Below, one piece after another: positions 1-12,853 of a stretch of 64,000 nt of DNA; position 1 is the first letter of the stretch; the number at the start of each line of letters is the position of its first letter. Location: the NCBI GenBank assembly GCA_964387425.1, contig CAYLXP010000005.1:3209-67208 (forward strand), in the 5' to 3' direction. The notes below the pieces were generated by a model. That model was not told the origin of the DNA and made no database searches. It worked only from the letters and a program-made list of their open reading frames with translations. The translations under genes and the position numbers were made by a program. The DNA is from an uncultured Victivallales bacterium. GTDB taxonomy: Bacteria; Verrucomicrobiota; Kiritimatiellia; UBA8416.

Positions 1-1
1 C

Positions 2-2728
<2,727 letters not shown>

Positions 2729-2739
2729 GGAGTTTAACA

Positions 2740-4188
2740 ATGCGGCACAGAGAACGCGGCTTTATTGAAGTTTCCCGGCAAGATCCCGGGTATCGCCCGA
2801 AGGACGAACGCGTCAAGGATTACCGGGCTGTTGAGTTGCGGCTTTCCGACGCGGACCTGCATGAGCAGGCAGCCCGGTGTATGGATTGCGGCATACCGTT
2901 TTGCCAGAGTGCCCACTCCTCGGTGGGATGCCCGGTGGTGAACATCATTCCCGAGTTCAACGACCAGGTCTATCACGGTAAGTGGCGCGAGGCGCTTGAG
3001 TTGCTGTTGGAGGGAAGCTGCTTCCCCGAGTTCACGGGGCGGATCTGTCCGGCTCCATGCGAGGCTTCGTGCGTATGCGGGATCAACACCGATCCGGTGG
3101 CCATCCGGCAGATCGAGCTTACGATCATCGAGCATGGCTTCTCGCGCGGTTTCGTTGAACCGCAGATCCCGGAAACACGCCGGGCTGAGCGCGTCGCCAT
3201 CGTCGGTTCCGGACCGGCAGGACTGGCTGCTGCGCACAAGCTGAACCAGGCGGGATTCAACGTCGTTGTGTACGAGGCGGACCAGTATCCCGGCGGGATG
3301 CTGCGTTACGGGATTCCCGACTTCAAACTCGAGAAGTGGGTCGTCGAGCGACGGGTCGATCTGCTGGAGAAGGAGGGCGTCGTTTTCGAGACGGGCGTTG
3401 AGGTCGGCGTTGACGTTTCCGCCCACTACCTCAACAAACGTTTCGATGCCATCCTGTTGGCCGGTGGTGCGCGCGGGCCGCGTGATCTTGACGTCGAGGG
3501 ACGGGAACTGTCCGGCATCGAGTTCGCGATGGATTTTCTGACACAGCAGAACATGCGGATCGGTGGCGAGGATGTCTCGCACCTGCCGGAGATCTCTGCC
3601 GAGGGCAAGCGGGTGATCGTGATCGGTGGTGGCGATACGGGATCTGACTGTGTCGGCACGTCGATCCGCCAGGGCGCGGCCAGTGTTCAGCAGTTCGAGA
3701 TTCTGCCGAAGCCGCCGATGGAACGCCCGGAGGAGACGCCATGGCCGCTGTGGCCGAACAAGATGCGCACCTCCAGTAGCCACCTTGAAGGTTGCGAACG
3801 ACGGTGGTCGGTAACGACTAACATCTTTGTTGGCAAGGATGGTGCGGTGACCGGGTTGGAATGTGCCGAAGTGAAGTGGGTCTTTCCTGAAGGCGGCTGG
3901 CGTCCCGTGCCCGAGGCTGTCGAGGGCTCCGAGTTCACGGTGGAAGCCGATCTCGTCCTGCTGGCCATGGGCTTCGTCAGTCCCGGCCACATGCAGATCC
4001 TTGACGACTTGGGCGTCGAGCTCAATGACCGCGGTTTCGTGAGCCGGCATCCGGAGAATGCGACCAGCGTTCCCGGCGTCTTTGTCGCCGGCGACATCAC
4101 CGATGGCCCGTCACTGGTTGTCCGCGCGATGCAAGACGGCAAGCAGGCCGCCAAGGGAATTGCGGCGTTCCTTGATGGGGGTGTTTAG
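2740..4188 (+). CDS. gltD: Glutamate synthase small subunit
   Basis: RCMDCGIPFC...CP, GRICPAPCEASC, GSGPAGLAAA, IGGGDTGSDC; directly follows gltB. Confidence 0.97.
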   Translation: MRHRERGFIEVSRQDPGYRPKDERVKDYRAVELRLSDADLHEQAARCMDCGIPFCQSAHSSVGCPVVNIIPEFNDQVYHGKWREALELLLEGSCFPEFTGRICPAPCEASCVCGINTDPVAIRQIELTIIEHGFSRGFVEPQIPETRRAERVAIVGSGPAGLAAAHKLNQAGFNVVVYEADQYPGGMLRYGIPDFKLEKWVVERRVDLLEKEGVVFETGVEVGVDVSAHYLNKRFDAILLAGGARGPRDLDVEGRELSGIEFAMDFLTQQNMRIGGEDVSHLPEISAEGKRVIVIGGGDTGSDCVGTSIRQGAASVQQFEILPKPPMERPEETPWPLWPNKMRTSSSHLEGCERRWSVTTNIFVGKDGAVTGLECAEVKWVFPEGGWRPVPEAVEGSEFTVEADLVLLAMGFVSPGHMQILDDLGVELNDRGFVSRHPENATSVPGVFVAGDITDGPSLVVRAMQDGKQAAKGIAAFLDGGV

Positions 4189-4220
4189 GTTTGGCGTGTT
4201 TCCCCGCGGTTTGGACTTCC

Positions 4221-4348
4221 AGTAGCGCGGCCTTCTCCGAAGGCCAGCGCGGATGCGTGTCCGGTGATTCAGTGATCGGCAACCGCTACTGAAGAAGAAA
4301 TGACGCTTTCTACAATCTGCCCTCGGCTTCGGAGAAGCCGGGGCTACT
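4221..4348. repeat. REPIN-like element, family B copy 1 (inverted pair of GTAG-REPs)
   Basis: AGTAGCGCGGCCTTCTCCGAAGGCC ... GGCTTCGGAGAAGCCGGGGCTACT; near-identical arms at 56672-56798. Confidence 0.85.
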
Positions 4349-4472
4349 TAAGAGCGCCCACATGCTGTTTGTCCGAGTTGTCTGGCAGGTTGGTTCTGGA
4401 AGTGATATGACTTCGATGACCCCGATGGGATGAGAAGCGTTTACGTAGGCGTTGCTACTTGAGGAGACGACG

Positions 4473-6569
4473 ATGACGAGTGAAACCCGGGAAAGTCAGA
4501 TCACGGATTTGTACGGTGAGAATGCGTTTAGTCTGCGCGTCATGCGAAACTACCTTTCGGACGGCGCATTTGCCTCTTTGAGCAAGACGATCCGCACGGG
4601 CAGCGCCCTGGACGCCGGCATTGCGGACGAAGTCGCCGACGCCATGAAGACATGGGCGCTGGAGAAAGGTGCTACGCACTTCACGCACTGGTTCCAGCCG
4701 CTGACAGGCGCCACGGCCGAAAAGCACGACTCTTTCGTGGTGCCGGATGGCGAAGGCGGCGCGCTGCTGAAGTTCTCCGGAAAAGAGCTAATCCAGGGCG
4801 AACCGGACGCGTCGAGTTTTCCATCGGGCGGCCTGCGCGCCACGTTTGAAGCGCGGGGCTACACGGCGTGGGATCCCACCAGCCCGGCCTTTATCAAGGA
4901 GGGCACCAACGGTGCGACCCTCTGCATTCCGACCGTCTTCTGCGGTTACCATGGCGAAGCGCTGGACAAGAAGGCACCCCTGCTGCGTTCCATGGATGCG
5001 CTGGATGTTCAGATATGCCGGTTGGGCGAGTTCTTTGGGGTGGAGCCCAATGGCATGCGAGCCATCGCCACGCAGGGCATCGAACAGGAGTACTTCCTGA
5101 TCGATCGTAGCCTGTATGAAGAACGCCTGGATCTGATCCAGACCGGTCGCACGCTTTTCGGACGTGCGCCGGCAAAGCACCAGCAGCTTGATGACCACTA
5201 CTTCGGCGCCATCAAGAAGCGCGTGATCACGTTCATGACGGACCTGGATCGTGAGCTGTGGCGCTACGGCATTCCGGCACGCACGCGCCACAACGAGGTC
5301 TGCCCGGCGCAGTTCGAGGTCGCCCCGATGTTCGAGACCCTCAATCTTGCTGTCGACCACAATATGCTGATGATGGAGACCCTGCGCAACGTGGCCGAGG
5401 ACCATGACTTCATCTGCCTGCTGCACGAGAAACCCTATGCCCGCGTGAATGGCTCCGGCAAACACAACAACTGGTCGGTGGATGGACCCGACGGGAAGAA
5501 CTGGTTGAAGCCCGGTGACAACCCGCACGAGAACGCGAAGTTCCTGACGATTATCGTGGCGCTGATGAAGGCGGTCGATACCCATGCCGATCTGCTGCGG
5601 GCATCGGTTGCGACCGCAGGTAACGATCATCGCCTGGGGGCCAATGAAGCACCGCCGGCGATCATCTCGATCTTCCTCGGAGAACAGTTGTATGATGTCA
5701 TCGAGCAGCTCGAAAAGGGGCCGGCCACGAGCACGAAATCGGTCGATGCGTTGAAGCTCGGCGTGACGTCGCTGCCAACGCTGCCGCGTGACGCCACGGA
5801 CCGCAACCGTACCTCGCCCTTTGCCTATACCGGCAACAAGTTCGAGTTCCGTGCCGTGGGATCCGAGCAGAATTGCGCGGGTCCGAACGTGATCTTGAAC
5901 ACGATCGTGGCCGAGGCCCTGGACGAGATCTGCACGCAGCTGGATGCCGACTTGGCGGACGGCAAGGAATTCAATGAGGCCTTGCAGGCGATTCTCTCCG
6001 CGATGGTGAAGCAGCACAAGCGTATCCTGTTCAATGGAGACAACTACACGGATGAGTGGGTTGCCGAAGCTGAGCGGCGCGGTCTGCCGAATCTCAAGAA
6101 GACGCCCGAAGCGCTGAAGACGATGCTGTCCGACAGGGCCATCGCCCTGTTCGGAAAGTACAATGTTCTGTCTGAGGCCGAACTGAAATCCCGTTACGAG
6201 GTGTACAGCGAGAACTACGAGGAACAGGTGGCGATCGAGGCCCGTTGCGCCATCACGATGGCCAAGACCCTGATTGCGCCTGCTGCGTTGGAATACCAAG
6301 CAGAGCTGTCGGAGACCATTCGATCCGTTGAAGCCACCGGCATTGGCGAAGCTGAAGAACCCCGCGCCCTCCTGAAAGACATCTTCACGGAGACCAACAA
6401 ACTGCTGGCCGGCGTAAGGGCGTTGGAGGCCTGCGAGCAAGCGGGAGAACCACTCGAGACGCTTGCCGCCATGGAGTCGCTGCGCGAGGCTGCCGATGCG
6501 CTGGAAGGACTCGTGCCCGACAGCGTCTGGCCGCTACCCACCTATACCGAGATGATGTTTACGCTCTAG
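4473..6569 (+). CDS. glnA: Glutamine synthetase type III (GlnN-type)
   Basis: [73 protein letters not shown]; RBS GAGGAG at 4461-4466 before ATG 4473. Confidence 0.96.
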   Translation: MTSETRESQITDLYGENAFSLRVMRNYLSDGAFASLSKTIRTGSALDAGIADEVADAMKTWALEKGATHFTHWFQPLTGATAEKHDSFVVPDGEGGALLKFSGKELIQGEPDASSFPSGGLRATFEARGYTAWDPTSPAFIKEGTNGATLCIPTVFCGYHGEALDKKAPLLRSMDALDVQICRLGEFFGVEPNGMRAIATQGIEQEYFLIDRSLYEERLDLIQTGRTLFGRAPAKHQQLDDHYFGAIKKRVITFMTDLDRELWRYGIPARTRHNEVCPAQFEVAPMFETLNLAVDHNMLMMETLRNVAEDHDFICLLHEKPYARVNGSGKHNNWSVDGPDGKNWLKPGDNPHENAKFLTIIVALMKAVDTHADLLRASVATAGNDHRLGANEAPPAIISIFLGEQLYDVIEQLEKGPATSTKSVDALKLGVTSLPTLPRDATDRNRTSPFAYTGNKFEFRAVGSEQNCAGPNVILNTIVAEALDEICTQLDADLADGKEFNEALQAILSAMVKQHKRILFNGDNYTDEWVAEAERRGLPNLKKTPEALKTMLSDRAIALFGKYNVLSEAELKSRYEVYSENYEEQVAIEARCAITMAKTLIAPAALEYQAELSETIRSVEATGIGEAEEPRALLKDIFTETNKLLAGVRALEACEQAGEPLETLAAMESLREAADALEGLVPDSVWPLPTYTEMMFTL

Positions 6570-6610
6570 CCTGAAACTTGGCCTGTTTGCTAACGTTCTC
6601 GGCTCTCAAC

Positions 6611-6668
6611 GTAGGGCGAGCATCCTGCTCGCCAGTGGAGGAATTGACAAGCAAGATGCTTGTCCTAC
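6611..6668. repeat. Inverted GTAG-REP pair, family C
   Basis: GTAGGGCGAGCATCCTGCTCGCC ... GACAAGCAAGATGCTTGTCCTAC; related GTAGGGCGAGC on the - strand near 25247-25257. Confidence 0.7.
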
Positions 6669-6737
6669 TTTCCCTGCCTACGAACCCAAGTTTCCACCCT
6701 GAATGATCCGGCGGAGGCACGACGCCGGGGGCGGGAC

Positions 6738-6905
6738 TAGTCTGAAACTTCCTTGCCAATTTACGGGCTAAAGCCCGGACTACATACGCCCGAATCATGT
6801 AACAACCCGTTTGTAGTTCGGCCTTTAGGCCGTGAATACTGGAACGTTTCACGCGTGTATGATCTGGCGGAGGTACGACGCCGGGGGCGGAGCTGACCTG
6901 AACTT
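6738..6905 (+). repeat. Dispersed ~160-bp REPIN/MITE-like element, family D copy 1
   Basis: Contains CGGGCTAAAGCCCGGACTAC and GTAGTTCGGCCTTTAGGCCG; aligns over its full length with the reverse complement of 63391-63556. Confidence 0.85.
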
Positions 6906-6911
6906 CAAATG

Positions 6912-7006
6912 CGAACGTCCAACATCGAACACCGAACACTGAACATCGAAGTATGGCGCTTCGCTCCTTCGATGTTCAATATTGGGCGTTCAGTGTTCGA
7001 TGTTCG
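6912..7006. repeat. Inverted repeat built of tandem heptamers (AACATCG/AACGTCC/AACACTG) between convergent genes; possible bidirectional terminator
   Basis: Left arm 6912-6951 is complementary to right arm 6967-7006; second copy at 45572-45665. Confidence 0.8.
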
Positions 7007-7034
7007 GTCCAAGTTCTATACGTGATTAGTCCGA

Positions 7035-8453
7035 TCACTTCTTGGAGCCGCAGCCTTCACACCCGTCCCAGCAGTAGGTGCAGAGTTTCTCCTTGGGGAG
7101 ACCGATGGCGTCCACGAGGTCGGGGAGCTTCTGGAATTTCAGCGTTGTCAGATGCAGCCGTTTGCGGATGCTCTCAACCATCGCGGCGTACTCCGGTGAG
7201 TTGGGGTCGGCATAGGCTTCCAGGTTGGCGTTCTCATCGCCCTCGAGTTCCTTGATCGCTGTGCGGGTGGCCAGGTCGAGCTCAGACCGGGAGCGGGAGA
7301 AGTTGAGGTACTTGCAGCCGTAGACCAATGGGGGGCAGGCGGGGCGCATATGTACCTCTTCGGCACCGTATTCGAACACACGTTGCACGATGTCCTGGAG
7401 CTGCGTGCCACGCACAATGGAGTCCTCGCAGAAAAGGAGTTTCTTCCCCTTGATCAGCTCGCGGATTGGGATCAGTTTCATGCGGGCGACGAGGTTGCGA
7501 ATGCTCTGATCCTGGGGCATGAAGCTGCGCGGCCATGTCGGGGTGTACTTCACGAAAGGACGACGGTAAGGAACCTTGGCTTCGACGGCGTAGCCGATGG
7601 CATGCGCAGTGCCGGAATCCGGGATTCCGGCGGCGAGATCGATTTCGTCGTCATCATTACGGGCCAGGGCGGCTCCACAGCGGTTGCGTGCGTCTTCGCT
7701 GTTGATCCCCTCATAGCTTGAGGCGGGATAGCCGTAGTAGACCCAAAGGAATGAGCAGATCTGCATCTTGTCGCCAGGCAAGGCTTTCTGTTCGATGCCG
7801 TCGGGGGTCAGTAGAACGATTTCGGCCGGGCCGAGATCGCGTACGTATTCGTAATCCAGGTTTGGCAGGGCGCAGGTTTCAAGAGTAGCGGCAAAGGCGC
7901 CGTCCTTTTTCCCTAGAATGATGGGCGTGCGACCAAGGCGGTCGCGTGCCGCGTAGATGCCCTCGTCGGACAGGATCATGATGGAGCAGGATCCTTCGAT
8001 CTGTTCCTGGGCGTAACGCAGACCTTCGTCAAAGGTGTCGCCCTTGTTGACGAGCATTGCCACAAGTTCGGTGGGGTTGACGTCGCCATCGCTCATCTCT
8101 GCGAAGTGCACGCGGCGATGTTGGCACGCATCCGCGGCGAGCTCTTTGAGATTCTGAATCACGCCAACGGTTACGATGGCGTAGGTGCCGAGATGCGATG
8201 AGATGATCAGGGGCTGGTCATCCGTGTCGCTGATAACGCCGATGCCCATGTTGCCACTCATCTGGCTGATGTCGTCTTCGAACTTGGAGCGGAACTGGGT
8301 GTTGGTGATGTCATGAATGTAGCGGCAGAATCCGTTGCCGTTCTTGCTGGCGAGTCCCCCACGAACCGTGCCCAGGTGGGAGTGATAGTCGGTGCCGAAG
8401 AAGAGATCCGTGACACAATCCGTTTTCGATACGACTCCAAAGAAACCACCCAT
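7035..8453 (-). CDS. PurF (amidophosphoribosyltransferase) paralogue lacking the glutaminase catalytic residues
   Basis: PRPP loop FCEDSIVRGTQ, GIPDSG, and Fe-S cysteines (ICSF, YGCKY, LCTYCW) retained; N-terminus is MGGFFG instead of CG(I/V)FG. Confidence 0.9.
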   Translation of the reverse strand: MGGFFGVVSKTDCVTDLFFGTDYHSHLGTVRGGLASKNGNGFCRYIHDITNTQFRSKFEDDISQMSGNMGIGVISDTDDQPLIISSHLGTYAIVTVGVIQNLKELAADACQHRRVHFAEMSDGDVNPTELVAMLVNKGDTFDEGLRYAQEQIEGSCSIMILSDEGIYAARDRLGRTPIILGKKDGAFAATLETCALPNLDYEYVRDLGPAEIVLLTPDGIEQKALPGDKMQICSFLWVYYGYPASSYEGINSEDARNRCGAALARNDDDEIDLAAGIPDSGTAHAIGYAVEAKVPYRRPFVKYTPTWPRSFMPQDQSIRNLVARMKLIPIRELIKGKKLLFCEDSIVRGTQLQDIVQRVFEYGAEEVHMRPACPPLVYGCKYLNFSRSRSELDLATRTAIKELEGDENANLEAYADPNSPEYAAMVESIRKRLHLTTLKFQKLPDLVDAIGLPKEKLCTYCWDGCEGCGSKK

Positions 8454-8509
8454 GACGACCTCCTGTTGTGGGCTACACTGCCCGTCTATACGGTTATTTG
8501 GTTATGTTG

Positions 8510-11137
8510 TTAATCCACCTTTGCAACGAAACACTTCACTTCCTGTTCCAGTGCGTCAGCGGTTAGTAGAATCTGTTTGCCTTCGGATACGAGACTGTGG
8601 CTCGGGATGACCTTAATGGCGTCCTGCCATTTCTCTGCAGAGGGAACGAGGTCCAAGAGCGTTGAAGGCGTATTGAGAAAAAGGTCACCGTTGAGATAGC
8701 TTCCCGGTCGAGAGGGAAACAGCGCCAGGTAGAGCATGTCGACCTCAACGAGTTCATTCAGGAAATGCGTTCCGAGGGATACATCGGGAATCAGGTTCTC
8801 GTGCATAGTGACGATTTCACAGAGAATCGAGACGCCGTTGATGTCCGAGAAGTTGACGGGAATGCCCAGTGAAGGACTGCTGGTGCCCCAGCGACCCGGC
8901 CCCAGTAGTACCGTCACCCCTTCTTCGTTCTGTTCCCGAACGGCCCGGTTGACCTGGCCCAGCATGCGTGCAACCTCGTAGCGCTCGGAAACGGGAAGTG
9001 CCCCGTATACCTCGGGAACCACGTAGATGAAGGTGTCAATGGCTGTGATGCGACTCTGTCCCACGACGGCGCTATGCGCGGCAATGATCCGGTCTTCATC
9101 CTTGATCTCGACATCGGGTAGCTCAATCTCGGTCGTTCCCTGGACTTGGAGTGGTCGACATTGAACGAGGTTAATCTTGTACTCCCCCTCATCGTCGAAG
9201 TTCACCGTGAATTCGATGTCCACCGGGTAGTCATACGCTTCATGCAGGATATGCAGCATCTTCTTCATCGTTTCGATGAAACGGGTCTGCTTCAGCAGGT
9301 TGTCGAATGTCAGGAAACGTGGTGCCGCCACGGCGGGAACTCCGGGACGCCGCCGCTCGCGCAGTTGGCGCGCGACCTCGTGATCAATAGACGTCGCCAG
9401 GTCCAGCGGGAGTTTATCGCAGGTGTCGATCAGATCCTGGAAGTGCCCCGAGCTCAGGTGATTGGCTTCCAGATCGATGAAGTCAACGCGTCGTTGGGCA
9501 TACTGTTTCACTTCGTCAAAGCTGTGTTCGGGACGCCGGTCAGGGGCATTAAGGGCAATGACGCGCGTGTAGTCGTCATCGGAGCGGTCGACGGCCCGTG
9601 TGCCGAGCCCGAAGACGAGCCGGATAACGCCCGCTGCGGGATCGATGTCTTTGCTCCAGACGTACGGGTTGAATGAGAAGCCCACCCCGGCGACTGGCGG
9701 GTAGAAGTTCTTCCCGTAGGCTTTACCGGAGACGCGCATGACCAGCAGCCCCATTTGCTCATCTTTGTCGAGCATGCCGCGCCGGTCGCGATAGCGCAGC
9801 GCGCGTTCGCTCATGGAGCTGGCGTAGATGGTGCGCACGGCGGCCAGGAAGTCCTCGAGGCGCTGGTTGCGCGGTCCCTGGTTGGCGCAAAAGACGCTCT
9901 CGTACTTGCCGGCGAAGGCGTTGCCGAAGTTGTCCTCGAGCAGCGAGCTGGAACGCACGATGAACGGGGACTGGCCGAAGTAGTCGATCATCTCCTGGAA
10001 TTGACGGATCGTGCGGTCGGGGAAGGTCCCCGTGATGATCAGGCGCCGGGCCCGGGTGGCGCTTTCGTAGAAATCCTGACCGTCACGCTGCTGGCGCCGG
10101 GTCCACCAGATGCCGTTGCGCACGAGATAGGTGTAGAAAACGTCGGAGCCAATGAAGAACGAGTCGTGTTCTTCGAGCGCCTCGGCGAGGGTGTCGGATG
10201 AGCGCTTCACGATGGCCCGCGCGAGCAGCATGCCGACGGCCTTGCCTCCGATGAGTCCGGTGCCGATCATGCGGCGACGCACATCGAGGATGTCCTCGAG
10301 TGTGAGATAGCGGCGCGTGAGCCCCTGCATGGTTTCATCCCGGGTGATTACCATGGGGACGAGTCGCTCAAAGGGTTCCTGTTCGTCGGATTCCGTGCGC
10401 AGGCCGGATTGCACCTCGTCCTTGACTTCCTGGGCCTCGATGAAAGCACGTTCCCAGAAGCCGGGGCGGCGGTCGGAGTAGAGCCCGGACCATTTCGCTG
10501 ACGTCAGGATTTCGGCGATGATGACACTGTCGCTGACGGGGGCAACGTCGTCGTCCTTCCAGCGGTGCAGCATATTCATGGTGGTGGAGTAGCGGTGCTG
10601 GACCTTAAGCGGACGAACATAGAGGTCCTTGTGGTGGTAGACCTCGAGAAACAGTTGGGTGGTCTCGCTGATGGGGTCGATTGCCCGTGGCGAGTGGTGG
10701 TTTCGGTAGAGACCGAAATAGGCCAGCGTTTCGAGATCGAAGAGATAGGGGCAGGTCAGCTTGAAAAAGTTGCCGAGCATCTCGTCCGAGTACCAGCAGT
10801 CGGCCAGCTCAGAGATGCAGTCGAAGACGTAGTAAGCGCCGCGTCCGGCTTCGCCGATGGCCCGGTGTACATTGCCGATGAAGGTCTCGAATCCGTCGTC
10901 GGGGCGGAACGTGTAGGTTTGGACGTTGGCGTCTTCGGGGACGAGGGCCTGGTGATCCGCAAAGTGAAAGTAGACGACCGGTTGTGAGGTCTTCCGGGCC
11001 GCTTCAATGTAGGGGCGGACCAGTGCCTGGTAGTCCTCGATCTTGTCAATTTGCCAGACAACATTATCGCCGGGGAGAATGCCGCGCAGGATCTTGTCGA
11101 GTCCCGGTATTCCCGTCGAGAATTGATAGGCATCCAT
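8510..11137 (-). CDS. PPDK_N (ATP-grasp, PEP/pyruvate-binding family) protein with a degenerate KaiC/RecA-like N-terminal domain
   Basis: N-terminal FSTGIPGLDKILRG; PPDK_N motifs IGGKA, VRSSSLLED..FAGKYES, DIEF, LVQCRP; ATG 11137 chosen because the longer ORF start runs through the upstream terminator. Confidence 0.85.
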   Translation of the reverse strand: MDAYQFSTGIPGLDKILRGILPGDNVVWQIDKIEDYQALVRPYIEAARKTSQPVVYFHFADHQALVPEDANVQTYTFRPDDGFETFIGNVHRAIGEAGRGAYYVFDCISELADCWYSDEMLGNFFKLTCPYLFDLETLAYFGLYRNHHSPRAIDPISETTQLFLEVYHHKDLYVRPLKVQHRYSTTMNMLHRWKDDDVAPVSDSVIIAEILTSAKWSGLYSDRRPGFWERAFIEAQEVKDEVQSGLRTESDEQEPFERLVPMVITRDETMQGLTRRYLTLEDILDVRRRMIGTGLIGGKAVGMLLARAIVKRSSDTLAEALEEHDSFFIGSDVFYTYLVRNGIWWTRRQQRDGQDFYESATRARRLIITGTFPDRTIRQFQEMIDYFGQSPFIVRSSSLLEDNFGNAFAGKYESVFCANQGPRNQRLEDFLAAVRTIYASSMSERALRYRDRRGMLDKDEQMGLLVMRVSGKAYGKNFYPPVAGVGFSFNPYVWSKDIDPAAGVIRLVFGLGTRAVDRSDDDYTRVIALNAPDRRPEHSFDEVKQYAQRRVDFIDLEANHLSSGHFQDLIDTCDKLPLDLATSIDHEVARQLRERRRPGVPAVAAPRFLTFDNLLKQTRFIETMKKMLHILHEAYDYPVDIEFTVNFDDEGEYKINLVQCRPLQVQGTTEIELPDVEIKDEDRIIAAHSAVVGQSRITAIDTFIYVVPEVYGALPVSERYEVARMLGQVNRAVREQNEEGVTVLLGPGRWGTSSPSLGIPVNFSDINGVSILCEIVTMHENLIPDVSLGTHFLNELVEVDMLYLALFPSRPGSYLNGDLFLNTPSTLLDLVPSAEKWQDAIKVIPSHSLVSEGKQILLTADALEQEVKCFVAKVD

Positions 11138-11170
11138 CGGGTTAGTCTTGATGCTTGTGAGTTCGGTGAC

Positions 11171-11208
11171 AAGAAAAAAGGCGGCCCTGCCGAGTGACAG
11201 GGCCGCCT
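11171..11208 (-). terminator. Rho-independent terminator after gdhA
   Basis: On the - strand: AGGCGGCCCTG-loop-CAGGGCCGCCT followed by TTTTTCTT. Confidence 0.85.
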
Positions 11209-11246
11209 GAGTGGTCATTCATCCGCCGAGGCGGATGATTTGGCAC

Positions 11247-12733
<1,487 letters not shown>

Positions 12734-12853
12734 ATACACGGATAATGATGTTGCAGTCATGCGGGGAAGCTACTAGAATTTCCGTGATTTGTGCTGCCAA
12801 AGCAGCGGCAATCCAAAACGGCAAGCAGCCCGAACTTTTTTGGGAGAAACCCC

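Noticed and set aside
4350-4472. Glutamine riboswitch upstream of glnA
   Set aside because: No match to the glnA-motif consensus recognisable by eye; an Rfam scan would be needed to exclude it
6559-6939. 126-aa ORF with repeated PGVVPPPDH
   Set aside because: Translation of non-coding repeat DNA
6566-7006. CRISPR array or integron attC array
   Set aside because: Only 2-3 units, intervening sequences are over 100 bp and are themselves repeats, and there are no cas or integrase genes
8510-11137. Annotation as ppsA/ppdK or kaiC
   Set aside because: Lacks the pyruvate-binding barrel and the canonical TSH motif; the KaiC-like part lacks Walker A
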